In this document: one piece after another, positions 47,448-55,497 of the stretch | Layout of the letters: each line of letters opens with the position of its first letter | Numbering within the stretch: the stretch's first letter is position 1 | NCBI GenBank assembly: GCA_947176415.1 | Contig: CAMWQJ010000003.1 | Span: 4,131 to 68,130 of the forward strand | Direction of reading: 5' to 3' | Length of the DNA stretch: 64,000 nt | Origin: an uncultured Ruminococcus sp. | GTDB taxonomy: Bacteria; Bacillota; Clostridia; Oscillospirales; Ruminococcaceae | Translations under genes and position numbers: made by a program | The notes under the pieces: model-generated | Told to the model about the DNA's origin: nothing | The model's database searches: none | Seen by the model: the letters and a program-made list of their open reading frames with translations, nothing else

Positions 47448-47942
47448 GTGAAACTCAAACAATATATAACGGTTTCTTTCGATTTGGACGAAACGCTTTT
47501 TATAAATCCCGAAAAAGTTTCGGCTGAAAAATCACTGAAATTTCCGCTTGACAGGATTTACAGGGACAGACTCAGAAAAGGTACTCCCGAACTCCTGCAA
47601 TGGATAAACCGCAATAATATAAATCTTTGGATTTATACAACGTCATGCCGTTCAGAAAGGTATATAAAAAATATTTTCAGACATTACGGTGTTAAAATTG
47701 ACAATATCATAAACGGAAAACGTCATGCGGAAGAAGTTCAGAAAAATAACACTGAAATATTGCCGTCAAAATATCCCTCAAAGTATCACATAGACCTGCA
47801 CGTTGACGACGAAATTTCAGTTTATCTGAACGGCATTGCATATGGTTTTCGTGTGTATCTCCTGACAGAAAACGATACAGACTGGACGGATAATATCAAA
47901 AATGAAATAATCCGCATAAGGAGAAACTTACATGAAAAATAA
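47448..47942 (+). CDS. HAD-family hydrolase
   Basis: SFDLDETLF (DxD), WIYTTS, LHVDDE; GTG start with weak SD. Confidence 0.8.
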   Translation: MKLKQYITVSFDLDETLFINPEKVSAEKSLKFPLDRIYRDRLRKGTPELLQWINRNNINLWIYTTSCRSERYIKNIFRHYGVKIDNIINGKRHAEEVQKNNTEILPSKYPSKYHIDLHVDDEISVYLNGIAYGFRVYLLTENDTDWTDNIKNEIIRIRRNLHEK

Positions 47943-48044
47943 TAAAAAAATCAAAGAAAAGATTTCTGAATCCGAACTGAATAATATTGAAATTCCGCTG
48001 GACTTCTGCAACGGATAGCAACAATATAAAGGAGATGACATATT

Positions 48045-48596
48045 ATGGCTGAAATTTTAAAATGTCCTAACTGCAATGCACAGATTCATGTAGTTTCGGG
48101 CAGAAACGTTCTGAAATGCGAATACTGCGATACAGAAGTAATTATAGACAACAACATTCAGGTAACTTCCGCACCGTCAAATAATAATGTAAATTCTCAA
48201 AATCATCTCTGTGAGGGAGATTTGTTTCGTAAAGTAAATTATGTAAATCCTGAAGACTATCCCGAAGAGATGAAAAAATGGAAGAAAAAATGTTATAAAA
48301 CAATGATAGTTCAGGCTGTACTTTCAGTACTTTCAGTACTTTCAGCATTTATCATCAATACATATGAAGCAGGTTTAGTAGAAGGAACTATTACATTAAT
48401 TATGATTTTTGCTCCACTTCTTTACGGTACATTTGCATCATTACTTCTTTCAAATAAAAAACCTTGTTTACCAGATGTGCAGATAACAGATATACGGAAA
48501 TACACCGCTTGTAACAGCAGAAATAATCCGATATTTTTGTGTGGTGCCTTTGTTACTATGATAATTATGCTTATTATTCCTATCTTGGCTGAATAA
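48045..48596 (+). CDS. Zn-ribbon membrane protein, paralog 3
   Basis: CPNC...CEYC, YPEEMKKWKK, three hydrophobic segments. Confidence 0.8.
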   Translation: MAEILKCPNCNAQIHVVSGRNVLKCEYCDTEVIIDNNIQVTSAPSNNNVNSQNHLCEGDLFRKVNYVNPEDYPEEMKKWKKKCYKTMIVQAVLSVLSVLSAFIINTYEAGLVEGTITLIMIFAPLLYGTFASLLLSNKKPCLPDVQITDIRKYTACNSRNNPIFLCGAFVTMIIMLIIPILAE

Positions 48597-48634
48597 TCAA
48601 TAAAAAAATTAAAAATATAAGGAGGACATTAATC

Positions 48635-49816
48635 ATGTCAAACGAAATGCAGTTAAAATACGGCTGTAATCCCAATCAGAAGCCATCAAGGGTTTATATG
48701 GCGGACGGCTCGGAACTTCCTATAGAAGTTCTTTGCGGTAAACCTGGTTATATAAACCTCCTCGACGCTCTCAACGGCTGGCAATTGGTAAAGGAGTTGA
48801 AGACAGCCACAGGTGTTTGTGCGGCAACTTCTTTCAAGCACGTTTCTCCTGCTGGTGCAGCAATCGGCAGACCTCTTTCCGATGATTTGAAGAAAATCTA
48901 CTGGGTTGATGACCTTGGCGAACTCTCTCCGCTCGCCTGTGCATACGCAAGGGCAAGAGGTGCGGACAGAATGTCATCTTACGGCGACTTTATCGCACTT
49001 TCCGACAAAGTTGATGTATGCACAGCAAAGATGATTCAGCGTGAAGTTTCGGACGGCGTTATTGCCCCTGATTACGACGAAGAAGCACTTGAAATTCTCA
49101 AGTCCAAGAGAAAAGGCACTTACTGCATTCTCAAAATAGACGAAAATTACAAGCCTGCTCCGATTGAGACAAAACAGGTTTACGGCGTATCTTTTGAACA
49201 GGGCAGAAACGAACTTGAAATTAACAGGGAACTTCTTGCAAACGTAGTTACAGAAAACAAGGACATTCCTGCCGACAAGCTCGACGACCTTATGATTTCA
49301 CTTATAACACTCAAATACACACAGTCAAATTCCGTCTGCTATGTAAAGGACGGACAGGCTATCGGCATCGGTGCAGGACAGCAGTCAAGAATCCACTGCA
49401 CACGCCTTGCTGGACAGAAAGCTGATAACTGGTGGCTGAGACAGTCCCCTAAGGTTATGGGACTTGATTTTGTTGACGGTATCCGCCGTGCAGACCGTGA
49501 CAACGCTATTGACGTTTATATCGGCGACGAATACGAAGACGTTCTCCGTGACGGCGAGTGGCAGAAAATTTTCAAGACAAAACCCGAAGTTTTCACAGCC
49601 GAAGAAAAAAAATCATGGCTTGCAAAGAATACAGGCGTTTGCTTAGGTTCTGACGCATTCTTCCCATTCGGTGACAATATCGAACGTGCCAAGAAGTCAG
49701 GCGTTGAGTATATCGCTGAACCTGGTGGCTCTATCCGTGACGACAATGTTATTGAGACCTGCAACAAGTACAATATCGCTATGGCGTTCACAGGAATAAG
49801 ACTTTTCCACCACTAA
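48635..49816 (+). CDS. purH: AICAR transformylase (PurH lacking the IMP cyclohydrolase domain)
   Basis: LKYGCNPNQ, GYINLLDALN, SFKHVSPAG, KYTQSNS, GAGQQSRIHC, SDAFFPF, GIRLFHH; 393 aa. Confidence 0.92.
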   Translation: MSNEMQLKYGCNPNQKPSRVYMADGSELPIEVLCGKPGYINLLDALNGWQLVKELKTATGVCAATSFKHVSPAGAAIGRPLSDDLKKIYWVDDLGELSPLACAYARARGADRMSSYGDFIALSDKVDVCTAKMIQREVSDGVIAPDYDEEALEILKSKRKGTYCILKIDENYKPAPIETKQVYGVSFEQGRNELEINRELLANVVTENKDIPADKLDDLMISLITLKYTQSNSVCYVKDGQAIGIGAGQQSRIHCTRLAGQKADNWWLRQSPKVMGLDFVDGIRRADRDNAIDVYIGDEYEDVLRDGEWQKIFKTKPEVFTAEEKKSWLAKNTGVCLGSDAFFPFGDNIERAKKSGVEYIAEPGGSIRDDNVIETCNKYNIAMAFTGIRLFHH

Positions 49817-49819
49817 TCC

Positions 49820-50134
49820 ATGAAAACGGAAAAAATAAAAAAATCTAAAGGAAGAACTGTACTGAAAATTATCATTGCAGTTCTCCTGATATGGATTTTG
49901 ATTGTTTTAATAGATACTGTACGTTTTTTTACTTCTGACAAGCCGATTTCACCGCTTATATGTATTGAAAGTAATGGATGTGGCTGTTTTGAATGGCGTG
50001 AAAAAGTAGGCATAGGATATTTATTTGAATACAACTATAACAGTATTGAATCTTATGATGCTAAGAAACCCGACCGTGCTGTATATAAATTCTATCTTAT
50101 CGATGAGGACAAAATGCAATATGAAAGAAAATAA
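49820..50134 (+). CDS. Small membrane-anchored hypothetical protein
   Basis: Basic N-terminus plus TM (IIIAVLLIWILIVLI), GCGC motif; fills the purH-purD gap; no obvious SD. Confidence 0.55.
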   Translation: MKTEKIKKSKGRTVLKIIIAVLLIWILIVLIDTVRFFTSDKPISPLICIESNGCGCFEWREKVGIGYLFEYNYNSIESYDAKKPDRAVYKFYLIDEDKMQYERK

Positions 50135-50147
50135 TGAGGTGATAAAA

Positions 50148-51434
50148 ATGAAGAATGTTTTAGTAGTAGGCGGTGGCGGACGTGAACACGCCATTATTAT
50201 GAAACTCGCCGAAAGTAAACACGTAGACAAACTTTACTGCACCCCTGGGAATGCAGGTATTTCAAAGTACGCTGAATGTTTCAATGTTTCCGCAACAGAC
50301 ATTGACGGCGTTGTTGCACTTGCAAAGGAAATAAAGCCCGATATGGTAGTAGTAGCACCTGACGACCCGCTTGTAATGGGAATGGTTGACGCTTTACAGG
50401 CTGAAGGTTTCATGACTTTCGGACCAAAGGCAAACGCCGCAATTATTGAGGGTTCCAAAGTGTTTTCTAAGGAACTTATGAAGAAATACAATATTCCTAC
50501 AGCTTTCTATGAAGTTTTCACAGAAAGTGAAAAGGCTATTGCGTACCTTAAAAAGCAGAACAGCTACCCCGCTGTTATCAAGGCAGACGGTCTTGCACTC
50601 GGCAAAGGTGTTATAATTGCCCAGAACGAAGAAGAAGCCGTGCAGGCTGTACATGAAATGATAGACAATCTAAAATTCGGAAAGAGTTCAGCAAGGATTG
50701 TTATTGAAGAATTTCTCACAGGTCCTGAAGTGTCTGTACTTTCGTTTACGGACGGAAAAACAATTGTACCTATGATTTCGTCCATGGACCATAAGCGTGC
50801 ATTGGACGGCGACAAGGGACTTAATACAGGCGGAATGGGTACGCTCTCCCCTAATCCCTACTATACGGAAGAAGTCGCAAAAGAGTGTATGGAGAAGATT
50901 TTCATTCCGACTATGAACGCCATGAACGACGAGGGAAGAACTTTTGAAGGCTGTCTCTATTTTGGACTTATGCTTACACCAAAGGGTGCAAAGGTTATTG
51001 AGTATAACTGCCGTTTCGGAGACCCTGAAACACAGGTTGTACTGCCAATGCTTGATGCCGATTTGTATGAAATTTTTGAGGCTGTATATAATCACGAGCT
51101 TGACAAAGTTGATATAAAGTGGCATGACGGAAGCTGTGCGTGTGTTGTAATGGCAAGCGGTGGCTATCCTGAAAGTTATCCGAAAGGCATTGAAATGAAC
51201 GGTTTCGACGAAAAAGGACAGGTCGAGGGCTGTTTTGTATACCACGCAGGCACTAAACTTTCGGAGGACGGAAAATTTCTCACCAACGGCGGACGTGTTA
51301 TCGGAGTTACGGCAAAGGGCGAAACTTTACAGAAAGCTCTTGACAACGCATATGGCGGAGTTTCAAAAATCCATTTTGACAATGCACACTACAGAAAAGA
51401 TATCGGACAAAGAGCCCTGAAAGCACTTGACTGA
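50148..51434 (+). CDS. purD: Phosphoribosylamine-glycine ligase
   Basis: VGGGGREHA, EGSKVFSK, KADGLALGKGV, NTGGMG, EYNCRFGDPETQ; ATG 50148 with GAGGTG SD. Confidence 0.97.
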   Translation: MKNVLVVGGGGREHAIIMKLAESKHVDKLYCTPGNAGISKYAECFNVSATDIDGVVALAKEIKPDMVVVAPDDPLVMGMVDALQAEGFMTFGPKANAAIIEGSKVFSKELMKKYNIPTAFYEVFTESEKAIAYLKKQNSYPAVIKADGLALGKGVIIAQNEEEAVQAVHEMIDNLKFGKSSARIVIEEFLTGPEVSVLSFTDGKTIVPMISSMDHKRALDGDKGLNTGGMGTLSPNPYYTEEVAKECMEKIFIPTMNAMNDEGRTFEGCLYFGLMLTPKGAKVIEYNCRFGDPETQVVLPMLDADLYEIFEAVYNHELDKVDIKWHDGSCACVVMASGGYPESYPKGIEMNGFDEKGQVEGCFVYHAGTKLSEDGKFLTNGGRVIGVTAKGETLQKALDNAYGGVSKIHFDNAHYRKDIGQRALKALD

Positions 51435-52063
51435 TGGAAGAAACACATAAAAAACTCGGAAAAGGTCTTACTCTCGGACTTGTCGGAAATTCTCTTTTTG
51501 TTGCATTCAGCGTAGTATGCTATATCTACTATCTTGTATATAAGCCTAACAATGCTTTTTCAAAGTTTCTTGAAATAACTGCCTATACGCTGGAATTTTC
51601 GGGGTTTGTATCGCTTATTGTCTCGGATATACTTATAAGCAGAACTGCACGCATGAGAGACTGGCTTAAAACAGCCTTTTCGGTCTATATAGTGGCGGAA
51701 GCTGTCATGATGATTCTTGAATTAAATTCATACCGTCTTGATTTCTATAAACCCTATTCGCTTGCCCTCGCAATAATTCATTCTGTATTTTCGGCGGTGG
51801 TATGCTTTTCGTTCCTGACTCTCGACCCCGACAAAAAGCAATTTGAAGTTATAGTTATAATCTGCATTGGAATAATTCTCGGCGGTATGATGGGAAATGT
51901 AATAGGCATTAGAGTTTATTTCAGTATTTTTACAAACAATATTTCTTTTGTGGTACTTTTCGGAGCAATAAAATTTCTTCTTAAACGTGAAGTAATCGAA
52001 ATAGACTGTTACGGAGACAAGGCGACTGTTACGGAATACAAAAGCACTTTTTTTGAAGAATAA
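51434..52063 (+). CDS. Multi-pass membrane hypothetical protein
   Basis: About six hydrophobic segments; ATG overlaps the purD stop. Confidence 0.7.
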   Translation: MEETHKKLGKGLTLGLVGNSLFVAFSVVCYIYYLVYKPNNAFSKFLEITAYTLEFSGFVSLIVSDILISRTARMRDWLKTAFSVYIVAEAVMMILELNSYRLDFYKPYSLALAIIHSVFSAVVCFSFLTLDPDKKQFEVIVIICIGIILGGMMGNVIGIRVYFSIFTNNISFVVLFGAIKFLLKREVIEIDCYGDKATVTEYKSTFFEE

Positions 52064-52071
52064 ATTACCAT

Positions 52072-52099
52072 GGGCGGAATATTTTCATTCCGCCTTTTT
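52072..52099 (+). terminator. Terminator ending the pur operon
   Basis: ggcggaat / attccgcc stem followed by a T5 run. Confidence 0.8.
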
Positions 52100-52128
52100 C
52101 TGACATTTTGCTAATCCGTGAATATAAT
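52100..52128 (+). promoter_or_regulatory. Putative sigma-A promoter of hsp20
   Basis: CTGACA-17 nt-TATAAT. Confidence 0.55.
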
Positions 52129-52192
52129 AGATAACAGTGCAGACAATATAAACGGCAACTGCCATAAATTCAGAAACGGAGGTATTTTTTCC

Positions 52193-52618
52193 ATGTACAG
52201 AGTCACTCCCTTTTCTTCAAGTCCTTTCAGCCTTTTCAATGTTTTCAACGAACTTGACAAGGACTTTTTCAGCGACACAATGCAGATAAATTCATGCCGT
52301 ACGGATATACGTGACAAAGGCGAAAAATACGTTATGGAGTCCGAACTCCCCGGCTTTGAAAAGAACGACATAAACATTGATATAAAAGACTCTTATCTTG
52401 TCATATCGGCTGAACGCCATTGCGAGAATGACAAAACATCAGAAAATGACAGGTATATCCGCCGTGAACGCTCGTGCAGTTCTTATAAGCGGAGCTTTGA
52501 CATCTCGGACGTTGATTCCGAAAAAATAAATGCGGAGTACAAAAACGGCATTCTGACAATAGACCTTCCGAAAAAGAAACACGAAGAGCCTGTTACAAAA
52601 CGTCTTGAAATAAAATAA
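52193..52618 (+). CDS. Hsp20/alpha-crystallin small heat shock protein
   Basis: RTDIRD, ELPGFEKNDINID, YIRRER...YKRSF, AEYKNGILTIDLPK; ATG 52193 with GGAGGT SD. Confidence 0.92.
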   Translation: MYRVTPFSSSPFSLFNVFNELDKDFFSDTMQINSCRTDIRDKGEKYVMESELPGFEKNDINIDIKDSYLVISAERHCENDKTSENDRYIRRERSCSSYKRSFDISDVDSEKINAEYKNGILTIDLPKKKHEEPVTKRLEIK

Positions 52619-52624
52619 TCTGCA

Positions 52625-52657
52625 AAAAAGGAACTGTTTTTTTACAGTTCCTTTTTG
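52625..52657. terminator. Bidirectional terminator
   Basis: aaaaaggaactgt / acagttccttttt. Confidence 0.85.
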
Positions 52658-53601
52658 CTTTTACTAATTTTAACAATAACCAGTGCTATACCGACAGCAA
52701 GTATAACAGAAGTAAAAATACTTCCCTCTATGCCGAAAGCTCCTCCGCTGAGCCAGCTTTGCGAAGTAATCGGGGACGTACGGAAAACGGATTCTGTATT
52801 GCCTGTACCGCTTACACTTATGCCATAGAAATTGCCTTGCATGAAATTCCAGATTGAATGGATTCCACATACTCCCCATATATTATCAGTGCAAATCATA
52901 AAAAGCGAGGCAAAAACTCCGAATAAAATCAGATTCACACACGAAAGAAAATTAAACCCTGGGTTTGCTATATGTGCGAGTGAAAAAGCAAGCGAATTGA
53001 TTCCGACCGCAAGCCATGCAGAGTGATGTCCGCCAACTGATGTCATAAGATAACCCCTGAAAATAAATTCCTCACTCATTCCCTGCACCAGAAATCCGAG
53101 CAGATAGAGCAGAATAATTCCCGTATTAAATCCGCCCGTCAGCGATAACGAGTTGACTTTAAATGCAACACTTAACAGGACTATAGCCGTCATCATGGCT
53201 GTTCCAGTGAGAAGTCCGCATATATAGTGCGGAAAAAATTTTTTCTTCCTGATTCCCATTGAACTCAACGGGCGTACTTCTATATTACGGCAGTATATTA
53301 TGCTTGTAAGCGTGCCGAAAACAGTTGACAGCAACGACGGAATCATTATTTTCGGCGATGCGGAAATCATAGTTGCAATCGCCATTGAATTTTTTAAATT
53401 TATCGCCCTGCTTCCGTCCAACATTCCCTGCGACTCCATTTCCTGCATCATAGGAGATATTGAAATTACAGACGGAACGATTGCCTCCAGAATATAAATT
53501 ATAAAAAAAACTATAATAAAAGAAAAAATCTGTGCATAGATTTTCGGCGAGGAAAGCGATTCCGACGACTCTTCAAACATCTGAGATTTTAATTTAATCA
53601 A
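52642..53601 (-). CDS. CPBP (Abi/CAAX) intramembrane metalloprotease
   Basis: EEFIFRG, FSLAH, HSIWN motifs; multi-pass TM. Confidence 0.9.
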   Translation of the reverse strand: MIKLKSQMFEESSESLSSPKIYAQIFSFIIVFFIIYILEAIVPSVISISPMMQEMESQGMLDGSRAINLKNSMAIATMISASPKIMIPSLLSTVFGTLTSIIYCRNIEVRPLSSMGIRKKKFFPHYICGLLTGTAMMTAIVLLSVAFKVNSLSLTGGFNTGIILLYLLGFLVQGMSEEFIFRGYLMTSVGGHHSAWLAVGINSLAFSLAHIANPGFNFLSCVNLILFGVFASLFMICTDNIWGVCGIHSIWNFMQGNFYGISVSGTGNTESVFRTSPITSQSWLSGGAFGIEGSIFTSVILAVGIALVIVKISKSKKEL

Positions 53602-53672
53602 AAAAACACACCTCCGTTTAAAATAATTTTACTTTAAACAGAGGTATTTGTCAATAGTTTTCGGGATTTTTT

Positions 53673-54527
53673 TCAGGCAATCGCACTGATAAACATTGTT
53701 ATGCCAATCATTGAGACAAGCAACAGAGAAAGAGTTATAAGCATAATTAATATTATATTCATGGGCTTTACTCCGCCGAGAGCCGTAACAATATCAGGGT
53801 TGAGACCTTTTCCGCCACTGTACAGTTTTATGCGTTTAAGATTTTTAAGAACGAATTTAAAATAAATCCTGTTTGCAAAAAGGCATATAAGCACCCTGAA
53901 AATCCAAGACCCCCAGCCACACATGATTTGTAGCTGTTCAATAAGCGTCTGATTATCGTATATCACACTGAGCATATTTTCAGTAAATACGCCCTGCTCA
54001 GCCATAATTACAAGGCTTGTCGGCAGTTCAAGTATAACGCTTACGATTGCGGAAATTATCGCCCATAGCCACATACGGCGGTTTGCAAAATAGAAAGACG
54101 GAAAAATACAGCACGAAAGATTAAAAGATATTTTCGTGCCTATATCTTTCATTCTCTTGAAAATCGGTATATAGTAAAAAGTATTCGTGCCTACAAACAT
54201 TGACATTTCCCTGAGAGTAGCTCCGCCCATGTCCTCATCGGGATTAAGTACCCTGCTGTAGTCTCTTATGAAATTTTCGCCCGCCAAGGAATTTATATTC
54301 TCCTGCTCCGCTGTTTCAAGGGGTTTTTCTTCCGTTTCGGGTTTTATATTTTTTATCTGACTTTTCCACTTTTCTCCCGAACTGTGCATATCGGAATTAG
54401 CACACCTGTTTTCCTTTCTGTAGCACTCCCTGTGATGCGGTGAGCCACATTCCGGACAAACAACAACGTCGTCATCTTCCGTGAAAACTGCATTGCAGTA
54501 TACGCATTTTTCGCCTGTAAAGTTCAT
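53673..54527 (-). CDS. Prokaryotic RING-finger protein with DUF2628-like membrane domain
   Basis: CVYC...VVVCPECGSPHHRECY....C; FVGTNTFYY, FN...FP..YFANRRMW, LFANRIY. Confidence 0.75.
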   Translation of the reverse strand: MNFTGEKCVYCNAVFTEDDDVVVCPECGSPHHRECYRKENRCANSDMHSSGEKWKSQIKNIKPETEEKPLETAEQENINSLAGENFIRDYSRVLNPDEDMGGATLREMSMFVGTNTFYYIPIFKRMKDIGTKISFNLSCCIFPSFYFANRRMWLWAIISAIVSVILELPTSLVIMAEQGVFTENMLSVIYDNQTLIEQLQIMCGWGSWIFRVLICLFANRIYFKFVLKNLKRIKLYSGGKGLNPDIVTALGGVKPMNIILIMLITLSLLLVSMIGITMFISAIA

Positions 54528-54732
54528 AAAAATACAACCTCCTTTTTATTATTCCCTGTATTCAGATTATATTATAACACGTTATGGTATATAAAATCAA
54601 GTATTTTCACGATTTTCATTTGTGTAATTACGGTGATAATTTCAGATTTGCATTGACAATCATAAAAAAATGAAGTATAATATTATTAATATGTAAATAA
54701 TATTTTTTCCGTATTGAAGAAAGAGGGTATTA

Positions 54733-55443
54733 ATGATGACAAGTGAAAAAAGCCTGAAAGTTCTTATCGTGGACGATGATAAAAATATATGCGACCTTCT
54801 GAGACTGTACCTTGAAAAAGACGGCTACGGAGTTATTCTGTCGCATGACGGTGCGGAAGCCGTAGTTAAATTCAACGCACTGAAACCTGATATTGTACTG
54901 CTTGACATAATGTTGCCGAGCATGGACGGCTGGCAGGTATGCCGTGAAATAAGAAAGAAGTCAAACGTGCCGATTATTATGATTACGGCAAAGGGCGAAA
55001 CTATAGACAAGATTATCGGTCTCGACCTCGGTGCAGATGACTATATTGTCAAGCCGTTTGACGCAAAGGAAGTTATCGCACGTATCAACGCCGTTACAAG
55101 ACGTGTAAGCAGTACAAACAGCGAACCCGAAATAAGACAGGTGCATTATGACAGACTTTCCGTAAATATGACACGCTATGAGCTGAAAGTTGACGGAAAG
55201 ACAGTTGACACACCGCCGAAAGAGCTTGAACTTCTTTATTATCTTGCCTCTAATCCGAACAGGGTCTATACCCGTGACCAGCTTCTTGACGAGGTGTGGG
55301 GCTTTGAGTATTACGGCGATTCTCGCACGATTGACGTGCATATAAAAAGACTTCGTGAAAAGCTCGAGGGCGTTTCTGAAAAATGGTCTCTTAAAACAGT
55401 TTGGGGAGTCGGCTATAAATTTGAAGTCGAGGAGGACGAATAA
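54733..55443 (+). CDS. OmpR/PhoB-family response regulator
   Basis: IVDDD, LLDIMLP, ITAK, GADDYIVKPF, wHTH TIDVHIKRLREK, VWGVGYKF. Confidence 0.96.
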   Translation: MMTSEKSLKVLIVDDDKNICDLLRLYLEKDGYGVILSHDGAEAVVKFNALKPDIVLLDIMLPSMDGWQVCREIRKKSNVPIIMITAKGETIDKIIGLDLGADDYIVKPFDAKEVIARINAVTRRVSSTNSEPEIRQVHYDRLSVNMTRYELKVDGKTVDTPPKELELLYYLASNPNRVYTRDQLLDEVWGFEYYGDSRTIDVHIKRLREKLEGVSEKWSLKTVWGVGYKFEVEEDE

Positions 55444-55497
55444 TTAAAAAAGGGGACTATGCCTGTCCCCTGTTTTGTTATGCGAGGTGATAAAACG

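Larger units (their letters stand above)
46223..48130 (+). repeat. Dispersed direct repeats defining cassette-like units
   Basis: gacttc(c/t)gcaacggatagcaacaatataaaggaga...atg(g/a)ctgaaattttaa(a/g)atg at 46307, 46890 and 48001; HAD 5' block at about 46225, 46810 and 47470. Confidence 0.9.

Noticed and set aside
46223-48130. Repeats as a CRISPR array or a classical integron attC array
   Set aside because: The intervening segments are 450-660 bp whole genes, there are no cas or intI genes, and I found no GTTRRRY/RYYYAAC hairpin pairs.
46223-48596. Shufflon or invertible locus
   Set aside because: All repeats are direct and co-oriented, and no invertase is present.
52130-52190. CIRCE or CtsR operator upstream of hsp20
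   Set aside because: Only a short GGCAACTGCC palindrome; no TTAGCACTC-N9-GAGTGCTAA and no clear heptad repeats.
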